Shown here piece by piece: positions 29,280 through 40,201 of a DNA stretch of 63,552 nt (positions within the stretch are counted from its first letter, which is position 1; each line of letters begins with the position of its first letter). The notes beneath the pieces were generated by a model that worked only from the letters and a program-made list of their open reading frames with translations, searched no databases and had not been told where the DNA came from. A program made the translations under genes and the position numbers. Source of the stretch: Candidatus Heimdallarchaeota archaeon (GTDB lineage Archaea > Asgardarchaeota > Heimdallarchaeia > Heimdallarchaeales > Heimdallarchaeaceae); the NCBI GenBank assembly GCA_021399345.1, contig JAAFKI010000184.1, positions 1-63,552 of the forward strand. The letters run 5' to 3'.

Positions 29280-31130
29280 TTAGAAATATACTAATCCTAC
29301 TAATCTCCAGAAAAAGGGCAGAACGAAGGCTATAAGCAACAGACCAAATAGATCAACTAAAGAGCCTATTCTTACCATTTCTTTTATTGGATATTTACCC
29401 GTACTATATGCAATCATTGAGGGAGGCGTACCTTGGGGAAGCATGAAATCTACACTTGAACCTATTGCAGCAACAACAGCTAGTAAGACTGGATCAATAT
29501 GAAATAGTAACCCGAGAGGAATAACGAGAGGTACAAGTATTGCAGCTGATCCCGTATTAGATGCAATAAAGGTTAATATGATGCTAACTAAGGCAATGAG
29601 TGCTATAAAGATAATATTGCTTGAAATTCTCAGATTTTCTAACGAATATGCAATCAGATCCCCAGCTCCTGATTCCGTTAAGATGACTCCTAAAACTAGT
29701 CCACCGCCAAAGACTAATATCGCGTTCCAGTTCAAATCATTAACATCTCTACCTATGAGAATCTTACTCTTCTCGAATATAGAAGGTAAAAATAACATAA
29801 ATGCAGCGATAACCGCAACAACTGAGGATGAAAATTGAGGAAAGAGGAATTTTTTAATTGTACCTTCCAAGAACCAGAGTAATAAAGCAAGCACAAAAAC
29901 TGAGAGCACATAAATCTGTTTCTTATTAAGATGACCAAGATTATCCAACTCTTTCTTAACGGCTGTTTTTGCATTAGTAATGCTATTTTTTGGTACTTTA
30001 GGTTTATAAACCATCCAAAGGTAAAGCCAAACTAAAGGTAGCATGAGAAAGACAATAGGTAATCCAAAAGCAAACCATTTAGTGAAAGTAATATGAACAC
30101 CGGCATATTCACTTAACAGTGCAATTGCTATTGGATTTGCAGGTGTACCAATTGCAGATCCTATTCCACCAATTGAAGCGCTATAAGCAATTCCTAAGAT
30201 TAATGCTTTACCATACCTGTCTATACTTTCTTCATCTATTTCTTTGTTGACCTTTAACTTATCAGTAACTGCTACTGCTATAGGAATCATTGTTGCAGCA
30301 GTTGCAGTATTGCTCATAAACATCGATAAGACAGCTGTAACAATCATCATGAGGAGCATTAAAATCTTAGGATTATCAGGACTTATTCTAACAATATTAA
30401 GCGATATCCATTTATCCAAGCCAGTTTTATTCATCGCTTTTGAAATGATAAAACCACCTAGAAATAGAAAAATGACAGGTTCTGCAAAGGGAGCAAGTAA
30501 TCCTTTTGCTCCTAAATCCAAAGCCAAAACACCAAATATTGGTATCATCAAACTTGTAGCTACAAGAGGAATTGTTTCCATAACCCAAAGAATACCTACC
30601 ATGAAAAGCAATGTTAGAACGACATTTGATCTATAAGGTAGTCTTAATTTGAAGATTATCCAATTTTGATCTCTATAATCTTCTTCTAGTGCAGAAGCAG
30701 GCAAAGTTAGAGAAAGACCATCTTCAACAGCGCTTGAGATATCAACACTGAAATTTCCAATTGTAGGTAAAGGAGTTACAGTATTATTGAGAGAGTCTGC
30801 TACCGTTGCTCTAATTATTAGTTGCTTGTTATAACCAATTTGAATTTTTGGGGAATAAGTTACCCACAAAGTAAGATTATCACCTAAATCATATGAATCA
30901 GTTATTTCTGGAAAAGTAGTACTATTATGTAGATAAAAGGTAAAATTCACACTCATATTGTACTGGTTTATGCTATTATCATAGAAACAGTGTAGCGTCG
31001 CATTATGGATTGCTTCTTCATCACCGCCTGCAACCGTTCCACGAACAGAACTCAAAGTTATTGCCATCGCAGTAACTAGTAATGCAACTGTAACACCAAT
31101 TTTAATCTTTTCTTGTTTACTTATTTGCAT
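29280..31130 (-). CDS. DASS/SLC13 sodium:dicarboxylate or sulfate symporter with an extra N-terminal extracellular domain
   Basis: Two SNT motifs (MSNTAT, ASNTGS), IGTPAN and FMLPQGTPP. Confidence 0.92.
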   Translation of the reverse strand: MQISKQEKIKIGVTVALLVTAMAITLSSVRGTVAGGDEEAIHNATLHCFYDNSINQYNMSVNFTFYLHNSTTFPEITDSYDLGDNLTLWVTYSPKIQIGYNKQLIIRATVADSLNNTVTPLPTIGNFSVDISSAVEDGLSLTLPASALEEDYRDQNWIIFKLRLPYRSNVVLTLLFMVGILWVMETIPLVATSLMIPIFGVLALDLGAKGLLAPFAEPVIFLFLGGFIISKAMNKTGLDKWISLNIVRISPDNPKILMLLMMIVTAVLSMFMSNTATAATMIPIAVAVTDKLKVNKEIDEESIDRYGKALILGIAYSASIGGIGSAIGTPANPIAIALLSEYAGVHITFTKWFAFGLPIVFLMLPLVWLYLWMVYKPKVPKNSITNAKTAVKKELDNLGHLNKKQIYVLSVFVLALLLWFLEGTIKKFLFPQFSSSVVAVIAAFMLFLPSIFEKSKILIGRDVNDLNWNAILVFGGGLVLGVILTESGAGDLIAYSLENLRISSNIIFIALIALVSIILTFIASNTGSAAILVPLVIPLGLLFHIDPVLLAVVAAIGSSVDFMLPQGTPPSMIAYSTGKYPIKEMVRIGSLVDLFGLLLIAFVLPFFWRLVGLVYF

Positions 31131-31145
31131 GATATTACCTCAATA

Positions 31146-32063
31146 TTAGTAGAATTCCTCTGTTATTGTTTCAATTTGCTCTTCAGTCAAATCTAGAGGA
31201 GCATGAGCAGGAATAATCCCTTGATTCAATGAGAAATCTCTTTCTTCATATGTGGTTTTATGTTCTATTTGGTAGAATATTCCTGTGGGTAACTTATCTT
31301 TAACAAATCTCTGATTAGATAGATCTAAAGCTGCAAAATAATCTTCTTTATCATGCTCTGTTTCTTCTAATTTGTAAACTCTTTCACGAAAATAATCGAA
31401 AGTTTGATTTTTATTAAAAGTTATGCAAGGACTAAAAACATCCACATAGGCAAAACCCCTGTGATCAATAGCTTCTTTGAGAACATAAGCTAAATGTTTC
31501 AAATCACCAGAAAAAGCTCTAGCTACGAAAGTAGCTCCAGCTGAAATAGCTATAGTTGAAGGATTAAGGGGATTTTCAATAGACCCTCGAGGAGTTGTTC
31601 TAGTAAACGTGCCTACAGGCGTTGTAGCACTAGCCTGTCCAGTAGTTAAACCATAAACAAAGTTATTTGAAACAATAGTAATAATATCGACGTTACGGCG
31701 ACAACTGTGAAGAAAATGATTCCCGCCTATTCCATAAATATCGCCGTCTCCAGCATAAACTAAAACGGTTAATTCAGGATTAGCCAGACGAATCCCAGTC
31801 GCTACTGGGATCCCTCTTCCATGTACTGTTTGGAGACCATACACATCCAAGAAATTGGGCATGTGAGAAGAACAACCAATTCCACTTACAAGTACTACTT
31901 CCTCTTTGGGAATTTCAAGCTCAACTAATGCTTGTCTTATTGCTCTCCATTGGGAGAAATTTCCACAACCGGGGCACCACGTTGGGAAAAATCCACTCTC
32001 ATAATCCTTAATCGTTAAATTGAATTCTTTATTCATTCTTAACCACCTCTTTGACTTTCGCAA
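31146..32063 (-). CDS. korB: 2-oxoacid:ferredoxin oxidoreductase beta subunit
   Basis: TWCPGCG, SGIGCS, GDGD TPP-binding motif, YGLTTGQ and SPCITFN. Confidence 0.95.
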   Translation of the reverse strand: MRKSKRWLRMNKEFNLTIKDYESGFFPTWCPGCGNFSQWRAIRQALVELEIPKEEVVLVSGIGCSSHMPNFLDVYGLQTVHGRGIPVATGIRLANPELTVLVYAGDGDIYGIGGNHFLHSCRRNVDIITIVSNNFVYGLTTGQASATTPVGTFTRTTPRGSIENPLNPSTIAISAGATFVARAFSGDLKHLAYVLKEAIDHRGFAYVDVFSPCITFNKNQTFDYFRERVYKLEETEHDKEDYFAALDLSNQRFVKDKLPTGIFYQIEHKTTYEERDFSLNQGIIPAHAPLDLTEEQIETITEEFY

Positions 32064-33777
32064 CTATTTGTGACGTTACGATTGGTTCGCCATCCCACCG
32101 GAGCAGCTTATGCTCTATATTTACTCCTGTTTTCATTCTAATATAGTCTCTCAGCTGTCCTGTATAGTTCTGTTCAACACATAAGGTTGTTTTTGCTTTT
32201 TGAAGAATCTTTGTTACAACTTCTTCATGAAATGGATTAAGATATTTTAAATGGAGATGATTTGCGGTAATTCCTTCTTCTTTGAGATGTAAAACTGCTT
32301 CTCGAACTATATTAATTGTTGACCCCCAAGAAACAATTGTAATCTCAGCATTTTCGGTTCCTTCCAACTGGGGGTTTTCTAGCTCTTTAACTAAAGTATC
32401 TAGTTTTTTCATTCTCTTCTCGACCATTTTAACCCTTATTGGCAGAGTATCAGGTAATCCAGCTAATGTGGAAGCAAGCGACGTTCCTGCTTCATTTCTT
32501 TCACTTGAACCCGTGAAAAACATACCATTTTTTGTTCCAGGAATAGTTCTAGGTGATATGCCATTTTCTGAAAACTGATATCTTCTAAAATCTTCAGGAG
32601 GATTATCTAGAATTTCGAATCTTTTATTTTTTCTTCGCAAATCAAGTTTTCTAACAGTTGAATTTGATTCAGATAAGTATAAATCCATTAATACAATAAC
32701 TACAACTTGGTATTTCTCAGCTATTTCTAATGCTTCAATCCCTACATTGAAAGCATCTTCAACATCATATGGAGCAATGATAACTTTAGGAAATTCACCT
32801 TGACTAGCACCATAGGCTTGAAACAGATCAGCTTGTTCAGTTTTTGTAGCCATTCCTGTGGAAGGCCCAGCTCTTTGAGAACTAATAACTACTAAAGGAA
32901 TCTCTTCAATACCAGCCATACCTATTATTTCTGTCATAAGACTGAAACCACCACCTGAAGTTCCAGTTGCAGCTCTTGCACCACAATATGAAGCTCCAAC
33001 AGCCATACCAATAGCTGCAATCTCATCTTCTGTTTGTTTAACAATTATACCAAGTTTTGGGAGATGCTTAGTAAGATAATGTACAATTGATGTTGCTGGT
33101 GTCATTGGGTATCCAGAGTAAAATTTTAAACCCGCAGAAAGCATTCCTAAAGCAAGAGCTTCATTTCCGGAAATAAGCATTTGTTGGGCTTTTTCATATT
33201 TGTGCTTTTCCCAAAGCTCTGGCCAGTTGTTGTCTTCTGCATATTTGATTCCTTTTTCTAAGGCTTCATTATTTGTGAAAATTACTTCCTCTCCCTTTGA
33301 ACCAAACTGCTCAAAAATTACTTCTTTAATCAAAGTTTCATCTAAACCCAAAATTTGACTAATTGCTCCAAATCCTACAATGTTTTTCAAAATTCTTAGT
33401 TTTGATATTTCCTTAGTTATACTAGCTAAAGGAATCGGGAGTTTCTTAATATCTTCAGGATAATCCAGATCCTCTAAATCGAAAGAATCATCATCATAGA
33501 TTACCATAGCTTTAGACCCTTCAGTTGGTTTGTGAAGCTTAGCTACATTTTTGTTAAGTAGAAAGATTATATCAGCTTCTTCTCCTACAGAGAGAACTTT
33601 GCTATTGCAAGCTCTGATTTGATATGTATTGTATCCACCTCTGATAACAGATTGATAACTTCTAAAACCTAGAATATTGAAGTTGTGCTTCTTGAGAATC
33701 TTGCTGAAAAGTATCCCTATAGATACAAGACCATCTCCAGCACTACCAACAAACCGAATTATAACATCCTTTTTCAT
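32029..33777 (-). CDS. korA: 2-oxoacid:ferredoxin oxidoreductase alpha subunit (gamma-alpha fusion)
   Basis: GSAGDG, YQSVIRGG, GYPMTP, EDEIAA and QRAGPSTG motifs. Confidence 0.95.
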   Translation of the reverse strand: MKKDVIIRFVGSAGDGLVSIGILFSKILKKHNFNILGFRSYQSVIRGGYNTYQIRACNSKVLSVGEEADIIFLLNKNVAKLHKPTEGSKAMVIYDDDSFDLEDLDYPEDIKKLPIPLASITKEISKLRILKNIVGFGAISQILGLDETLIKEVIFEQFGSKGEEVIFTNNEALEKGIKYAEDNNWPELWEKHKYEKAQQMLISGNEALALGMLSAGLKFYSGYPMTPATSIVHYLTKHLPKLGIIVKQTEDEIAAIGMAVGASYCGARAATGTSGGGFSLMTEIIGMAGIEEIPLVVISSQRAGPSTGMATKTEQADLFQAYGASQGEFPKVIIAPYDVEDAFNVGIEALEIAEKYQVVVIVLMDLYLSESNSTVRKLDLRRKNKRFEILDNPPEDFRRYQFSENGISPRTIPGTKNGMFFTGSSERNEAGTSLASTLAGLPDTLPIRVKMVEKRMKKLDTLVKELENPQLEGTENAEITIVSWGSTINIVREAVLHLKEEGITANHLHLKYLNPFHEEVVTKILQKAKTTLCVEQNYTGQLRDYIRMKTGVNIEHKLLRWDGEPIVTSQIVAKVKEVVKNE

Positions 33778-33853
33778 TAATGATTCCTCGTGAGTTTAGA
33801 CGCTATCAGCTCATGAAATAACGAGTTTATAAAATGTTTTGAATGACCATATA

Positions 33854-34900
33854 TTAAGCCATCCACCAAACGAGTAAAGCTATTTCGCCAGGTAAAAATA
33901 CTAATGCTATTAGAGTTAACAAAGCTATTGAACGACTTGTTAAAACTTCATCAAGTTTGAAGTACTTTGAATAAGCAGTATTTGCAACTGCTGGAGGGGC
34001 CATACTTTGAATAACCATAGCGATTTTCATTCCTAGGGGAACAGGTATGAAGAAAATTATTAAAACAACAAGTAATCCTCCACCAAATCGAGCAAAACTG
34101 TTTCTAAAGAGAGCAACCTCTTTCCATTCATTTTTCTTGGGTAATTTAAAACTCAAACCCACTAGAGCCAACATTATTACCATAGTCACATCTTGAAAAA
34201 CCGTTACAGCTATATGGTCACCTATTGAGAATTGTCCTAATGAAACTTTATTTAATAGATTGGGATTTGAGATGCCGTAATTTATGAAATCTACAAGATG
34301 ATGCCCAATAGTCACTTGACCGATTGAGAATCGGAGAATTAAACCAATTACCATTCCGATAGTTGGTGGAAATAGAAGCAAACCTTTGAAAATCTTCCAA
34401 ACAGATTTGTCTTCAGTAGAACCATAATGCAACCCCAAATAAACACCTAAGGTATTACGATAGAAAGTTTGTACAATCAGATAAATTGAAGCAGCTAGTA
34501 AGCCTTCCGCTTTCATATCTCCTGATAAGATGCCTATGATAATTGGAAATGGAAAAAAAAGAGCATTCATAAAACCTGTAGTATTTATTTCTGCACCTTT
34601 TGTTTGATTTGAAAGATCTTTTTTTCTTATCATCAACCAATCTATAATCATTGAAAAAGCCATACCAAGAGTTGTTACAAGAGCTATGAACCACCAATTA
34701 AGACTAGTTAAAGAATCTGTATCCATATCTAGAAAGACTGTAATTAGAAGAACTGGAGAAAGAATGTTAATACCCGCAAAAAGAAGCCATTTGCCTATTT
34801 TCTCAGCTTTTGATAACCTTTGGAGAAAAAAACCTCCAGCTATTCCAGCATAGATTATTCCAACTCTTATAGAAAGTTCTCCTAGATAGTGAATTGGCAT
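33854..34900 (-). CDS. AEC (auxin efflux carrier/membrane transport) family permease
   Basis: About 10 TM helices; N..FFPFP and MAPPAV crossover motifs. Confidence 0.8.
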   Translation of the reverse strand: MPIHYLGELSIRVGIIYAGIAGGFFLQRLSKAEKIGKWLLFAGINILSPVLLITVFLDMDTDSLTSLNWWFIALVTTLGMAFSMIIDWLMIRKKDLSNQTKGAEINTTGFMNALFFPFPIIIGILSGDMKAEGLLAASIYLIVQTFYRNTLGVYLGLHYGSTEDKSVWKIFKGLLLFPPTIGMVIGLILRFSIGQVTIGHHLVDFINYGISNPNLLNKVSLGQFSIGDHIAVTVFQDVTMVIMLALVGLSFKLPKKNEWKEVALFRNSFARFGGGLLVVLIIFFIPVPLGMKIAMVIQSMAPPAVANTAYSKYFKLDEVLTSRSIALLTLIALVFLPGEIALLVWWMA

Positions 34901-34973
34901 TGAGACGAAGAAACTGAATCTGACTTATAAAGTTTATATTTGTACTGAAATTTGAAAAAACAAGAAAAAAAGA

Positions 34974-36905
34974 CTAGCTCAACACTGTCTTCATATTCTT
35001 GAGTATTGATTCATAGAGAGGGTATTTTTTCTCCTTAGAAACATCTTTAGCTAGTAGCAATTCACTCAAATTTTGACTAGTTTGTGCAATTAAAGTTGGA
35101 GCTGTTGTTTCTATTAACGGATAGCCCTTTATTTTGAATCCTGTTAGGATTGTATTATACCTCACACAGATTTTTACTAAATTATCACATTCTTCTTTAG
35201 GCTTCATAGTTATAGGTTCAGCAAGATTTAACCAATCAAGAGAACCTACTTTGCTAATGGATATCATCCAGAGTAGTAAGGAAAGTCCAAATAATGCAGA
35301 ACTATTACCAAGCATAATGTAGCTATTAATGAAATCAAACAATTTAGAGATGGCATTCAGAATTTCTGGATCCTTTTCAAATAGCTGAACAGATAGAAGA
35401 AAATCTTTTTGAAAATCACTTAGATGTTTTTTGTGTTTGGCATCGATGTTTAGGTATTTATCTCTAGATCCTTTCATTCCTTCAAAATTAACATCAACTA
35501 TTCCAAGTTCTTCAATTACAAGATTGTATTCCTTTTTCTTCACAGGAGCAACCTTTAATTCTTTAATGTAAGCTTTTAGTTTTTCCTGAATAGCTTTTTG
35601 TTTTTCTTCAACATCCTCATCTGTAACTTCAGGAGGTTCTTGAGTTGGGTTTCCCCCTTGCATTAGCAATTGAGATTGTTTAACCCACGATAATCCTTCT
35701 TTCAGAATTTCTGGTGTCAAAATCTTCTCTAAAGCTTTGGCAAGAAGATATTTTTTATCCTTAAGCTTTTTCGCTTTGGAGCTTATAATTGCAAGCAGAA
35801 AAGAAAGAGCATTTGGTATAATGTTGTAAGGATCCGTTTGAGAATTTCCACGCATTGCTTGGAAACTTAATCCTTGATCTATCCATTCAATTAACCCTCC
35901 TGCGATCATTGAGAATAAGGGATTGAAGTTTGTGAAGAAAGGCATTGAAGCATAGATATTTGCCATAGAAATGAAAATATCTTGATAGTCAAAACTTGTT
36001 ATTTGTTTATATTTCTTAAATGATAGATCGTGTTCATCGAATAAGAATTGCATTGAGAAATAGTAAAGAATGTGTTTGTTCAATGTAACTTTTGTGAAAT
36101 CTTCTGCTTCAAAGTCCACACCTTGTTGTAAAGCTGTCAAGACTTCAGGGTTGGAGAAGATCTCAATTCTTTCAGCATCTTCAATTACTCCTTTTATATC
36201 TTCTTGATCTTCAGGATAAAGTGATTCTAAAATTTGGAACACCCAGTGAATCATGAAGTTATATAGATAAGGAGATTTTCTAAGTACTTTCCTCCACTCA
36301 AACCATTTAGCTATATTTTGAGAATGAACTGATTGCATTTTTTCTAAATCCTCTTCTGTTACTTCTCTAGTTGAATATCTCAGTGGGTAAATAGAAACAG
36401 GTTTGGTTCCTTTGAACAAGAAACTATCAAAATCCTTAATCAAAGTTCCAAAAATCAATTCAAAATCCATCATTACAAATCTTGTGATAACTTTGGATTC
36501 CTTGTAATAATCAGCATAACTTGCCCCCTTCTTGTAGTAAGTTGATTTGAGAATTTTCTCAAAAATTGGTAGAAGAAGAGCTTTTCCTTCCTCATTTAAT
36601 TCTTCAAATAAAGCATCCTTGTTAGATAACTCTTCTATGTAATATTCTATAAGAAAAGCACAATAGGTAGATGTAGATAATTCAGGATGTGATAAATAAA
36701 ATTCAATTGCTTTTGTAGTTTCTTTAGTATTCTTCTTAATCTTGCTTAAATCAATATCGTCTGGTAAATCGATAGCTTTCTTCTGTCTGTCTTTAGGAAT
36801 TAGATATTTCCCTCCTTTTTCGAAGACAAGAGCTTTTTTCTTTGTTAATAACCCAAATTTAACTTTTGATTTCTGTATAGTTCCTTTATATAAAACTACG
36901 TCCAT
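34974..36905 (-). CDS. Hypothetical 643 aa soluble, probably helical protein
   Basis: Long ORF with host-like composition; no motif recognised. Confidence 0.8.
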   Translation of the reverse strand: MDVVLYKGTIQKSKVKFGLLTKKKALVFEKGGKYLIPKDRQKKAIDLPDDIDLSKIKKNTKETTKAIEFYLSHPELSTSTYCAFLIEYYIEELSNKDALFEELNEEGKALLLPIFEKILKSTYYKKGASYADYYKESKVITRFVMMDFELIFGTLIKDFDSFLFKGTKPVSIYPLRYSTREVTEEDLEKMQSVHSQNIAKWFEWRKVLRKSPYLYNFMIHWVFQILESLYPEDQEDIKGVIEDAERIEIFSNPEVLTALQQGVDFEAEDFTKVTLNKHILYYFSMQFLFDEHDLSFKKYKQITSFDYQDIFISMANIYASMPFFTNFNPLFSMIAGGLIEWIDQGLSFQAMRGNSQTDPYNIIPNALSFLLAIISSKAKKLKDKKYLLAKALEKILTPEILKEGLSWVKQSQLLMQGGNPTQEPPEVTDEDVEEKQKAIQEKLKAYIKELKVAPVKKKEYNLVIEELGIVDVNFEGMKGSRDKYLNIDAKHKKHLSDFQKDFLLSVQLFEKDPEILNAISKLFDFINSYIMLGNSSALFGLSLLLWMISISKVGSLDWLNLAEPITMKPKEECDNLVKICVRYNTILTGFKIKGYPLIETTAPTLIAQTSQNLSELLLAKDVSKEKKYPLYESILKNMKTVLS

Positions 36906-37008
36906 TAAGATTCCTCGCTTAACTCTCTCTAAAAGTAATAGGCTAATAAATCTTTATTTTAGCGATAAAGAAAAGAATTAAAGTAGAATACATTTTATTT
37001 CAATTGGA

Positions 37009-37512
37009 ATGGATAAAGAAAAAACTAGAGAATTTCTGAAAGAAGAGCATGAAAGATTGAATTCTGTCATCAACTCACTCCATGTAGAGGAACTTGTTCA
37101 ATATCATATTGTAAAAGCATGGAACATTAAAGATATTCTTGCACATTTAGCTGCGTGGAACAAAGAACTGACAAAATCAATTGATAGTCTTCTGGATAAG
37201 AAAGACATTTGGTTTAGAACACAAAATGAAGAAGAGTTTAATAAAATTCAAGTTACTTTAAGAAAATCTAAAAGTGTAGCAGAAATAATCGATGAATGGG
37301 AAAATTCATTTAATCAACTCATTGAAAAAATTGAAGGACTATCAGAGGAAGAATGGAATTTCAAATCTGATTATAAATTGAAAAGTGGAGATTTTGTTAC
37401 TGTTAAATCATTCTTTGAATATAGAAAACGGGGACTAGGCCATGAGGGATGGCATGCTTTCCAAATAGAAGATTGTTTTGAAAGCGATAGATGTGCTTGT
37501 AGAGTATATTAG
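37009..37512 (+). CDS. DinB-like four-helix bundle (ClbS/DfsB-like)
   Basis: WNIKDILAHLAAW and H...H (HEGWH) motifs. Confidence 0.85.
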   Translation: MDKEKTREFLKEEHERLNSVINSLHVEELVQYHIVKAWNIKDILAHLAAWNKELTKSIDSLLDKKDIWFRTQNEEEFNKIQVTLRKSKSVAEIIDEWENSFNQLIEKIEGLSEEEWNFKSDYKLKSGDFVTVKSFFEYRKRGLGHEGWHAFQIEDCFESDRCACRVY

Positions 37513-37562
37513 CATGTAGCATACTCAACGTTTAAATTTTGAAATTAGTGAGGATTACATCG

Positions 37563-38864
37563 ATGATTCTTGAAAAACATTTATCAAAAACAGGTCAATA
37601 TTTAGAGAATAATGTTGACCTTTCAGCAGGCACTATAGCTTGGGGATTAAAGGCTAAAACAAGAGCAAAAGAGAATTCAGACTTTATTAATGCTACAACT
37701 GGAACTGCAACTGAAGATGATGGAAGGTTGATGGTTCTACCAACTCTTTATGATGAGCTTCGAAAATTAACAGGAGATCAGTTATTCGCTTATGCGAATA
37801 TGAGAGGACTAAATATTTTTGTTCAAGCTTGGAAAAAAGATACTCTGGAAAGCTATCCTTCTGATTTAAGAAAAAAAACTGAAACTCTTTCTACTCTTCC
37901 TGTAACTGCATGTGGTGGTTTAACTGGAGGATTGATGTTAGCTGGTCAAGTTTTTTTTGACAAAGGTGACACATTATTAGCTCCAAATACAAGATGGGGA
38001 AATGTAGATAATGTTTTTTTCAAGAATCAGCAGCTAAAAGAAATACCATATAAGCTAGTTGACCAAGAAGGTAATCTTTCTTTCTCAAATTTGAATGATA
38101 AATTAATTGAATGTCAAACAACAGAGAAAAAAGTAGGGGTTTATCTTAATTTTCCTAACAATCCATCTGGAATAAGTCCAACATTAGGTCAAATTAAAGA
38201 ATTACAAGAGACACTAGAAAAGATTACAGTTCCAACTGTTCTATTTCTTGATGATGCGTATGAAAATTATTGTTTCGAAGATGATGTAGTTGACCATTCT
38301 ATTTTCCCTTATTTAATTGGACTAAATGATAATGTAGTCACAGTAAAAATCGATGGAGCTTCAAAAAGATACTGTGCTTATGGGGCAAGATTGGGTACCA
38401 TGACAGTAGGTTTTGGATCAGAAAAGGATGAAGAGGAAAAAGCTAAAATCAGAGAGTTAATGGCTAAAGCAGCAAGAACTAACACCTCAAGCGCACCTAG
38501 AGGTATTCAAGAAGCATTAACCAACGTTCTAACAGATGAAAGAAAGAAAGAACAAATAAAGAAAGAGAAATTGAGAAATTTGAATATTCTTTCTAAAAGA
38601 TACAAATTAATCAAGAAACTAGGAGAAGAAATAACTAATGAGGTACTTAAACCTGTTAAATTCAATTCAGGATTCTTTGGTTATTATCTAATAAAAAATC
38701 AACAATCAGCTACAGAGATATCCACAAAGCTTTTAGAAAAAGGATTAGGAACAGTTCCATTTGTAAATAAATCAAATGACTTAAACGGAATAAGAGTTGC
38801 ATTTTGTTCCATAAGTGAAGAAAATATTCCTAAAGCATTTGATATTCTATATTCAACTTCTTGA
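37563..38864 (+). CDS. PLP-dependent aminotransferase class I/II
   Basis: NATTG, NFPNNPSG, DDAY, DGASKR....GARLG and IRVAF motifs; ATG 37563 preferred as start. Confidence 0.92.
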   Translation: MILEKHLSKTGQYLENNVDLSAGTIAWGLKAKTRAKENSDFINATTGTATEDDGRLMVLPTLYDELRKLTGDQLFAYANMRGLNIFVQAWKKDTLESYPSDLRKKTETLSTLPVTACGGLTGGLMLAGQVFFDKGDTLLAPNTRWGNVDNVFFKNQQLKEIPYKLVDQEGNLSFSNLNDKLIECQTTEKKVGVYLNFPNNPSGISPTLGQIKELQETLEKITVPTVLFLDDAYENYCFEDDVVDHSIFPYLIGLNDNVVTVKIDGASKRYCAYGARLGTMTVGFGSEKDEEEKAKIRELMAKAARTNTSSAPRGIQEALTNVLTDERKKEQIKKEKLRNLNILSKRYKLIKKLGEEITNEVLKPVKFNSGFFGYYLIKNQQSATEISTKLLEKGLGTVPFVNKSNDLNGIRVAFCSISEENIPKAFDILYSTS

Positions 38865-38904
38865 TATCTATGAAACAGAAAAAGCTAAAGAGAAGAAGTT
38901 GTCT

Positions 38905-40095
38905 CTACTTCTTCATTGTTTTGGATTTCTTAACTGTTATTGGTAGGGCAACAAGGATTAGAACAGCAAAACTAAGTAGAACAAATGGTGCACTAGTTTT
39001 TGTAGGCGGATAACCAAATACCCTATAATACGATTCGAGAACTGCTGCGGTTGCATTTACCATTCCATACCCAAAATTATCGTCTTTACCTTCATCACCT
39101 AAATCATCGGCGGTTTCATGGAGAATCTCTCTAATTTCATCAACAGACATAGTATAATTAATGGATCTCATTAAAGCTATAACACCTACAACCTGTGGGC
39201 ATGCAAAAGAAGTACCCCATCCAGTGGCATAAGAATCAGGAGGAAAAGTGCTTCTGATATTATTGACTCCTTGATCACCAACGGGGGCAACAAGCTCAGT
39301 CCATGGACCAAAATTACTGAAATCTGCTTTATCGCGCCAGTAGCTGGTAGCACCAACTGAAATCACATTGTCATACCCTCCAGGAAATGATTGATAGTAT
39401 CTTCCTCCCCCAGATGATAAGGGGGTATTTCCTGTAACAGAAACTACAGGAATGTTTTGATTTACGGCATATGTGATGTCATCATGGTATAATTCACTTT
39501 CAGAATAATAATGAAGACTTAAGTTGATGACGTCTGCACCATTTTCAGCAGCATAACGTATGGCGTCACCGAATCCGTCTAAAGTTGTTCCTGCATAATT
39601 TAATGAATCAAGAACTCTGATATCCATAATGGTCACATTAGGGGCAACACCGGCTACACCAATTCCATCAAGTGGAGCTGCTATGATACCTGAAATGAAA
39701 GTAGCATGCCAATGAACAGGATCAGCAGCTTCTGGTCCAGGAATATTATCACTGGAAACAAAATCCCAGCCTGCAACATCATCAATGTACCCATTGTCGT
39801 CGTCATCTAAGCCATTATCTGGAATTTCATCTGTATTATTCCAAGATTTACCAGCTAATTGTGGATGTGAGAAGTCTATTCCAGAATCAATTACTGCAAC
39901 AGTTAAACTTTCATTTCCATATGTCTTCTCCCATGCACCATAAATGCTTATTTGAGGGAGATGCCAACCTACATCATTAGCTCTCATATTAGGAGGTAAA
40001 GCTATATCAGGTTTACTCACTGCTGAGTTGTAATTTAATGAAAATAAAACAATTAATAACAAGGTAGCAAAAACATGTTTGAATGCTTTATTCAT
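38905..40095 (-). CDS. Secreted, C-terminally anchored S8 subtilisin-like protease
   Basis: Catalytic triad VAVIDSG, HATFISG and GTSFACP; DDDDNGYIDD Ca-binding loop; signal peptide and C-terminal TM. Confidence 0.95.
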   Translation of the reverse strand: MNKAFKHVFATLLLIVLFSLNYNSAVSKPDIALPPNMRANDVGWHLPQISIYGAWEKTYGNESLTVAVIDSGIDFSHPQLAGKSWNNTDEIPDNGLDDDDNGYIDDVAGWDFVSSDNIPGPEAADPVHWHATFISGIIAAPLDGIGVAGVAPNVTIMDIRVLDSLNYAGTTLDGFGDAIRYAAENGADVINLSLHYYSESELYHDDITYAVNQNIPVVSVTGNTPLSSGGGRYYQSFPGGYDNVISVGATSYWRDKADFSNFGPWTELVAPVGDQGVNNIRSTFPPDSYATGWGTSFACPQVVGVIALMRSINYTMSVDEIREILHETADDLGDEGKDDNFGYGMVNATAAVLESYYRVFGYPPTKTSAPFVLLSFAVLILVALPITVKKSKTMKK

Positions 40096-40201
40096 AATTT
40101 ATAGCTAACTAAAGTAACTTATAAAATTATTTGATATCTTTTCGAATGCTTATTAGCGAAAATTGATTTCATTATGAAAAAGAAAAAAGAAGGAGGAATA
40201 G

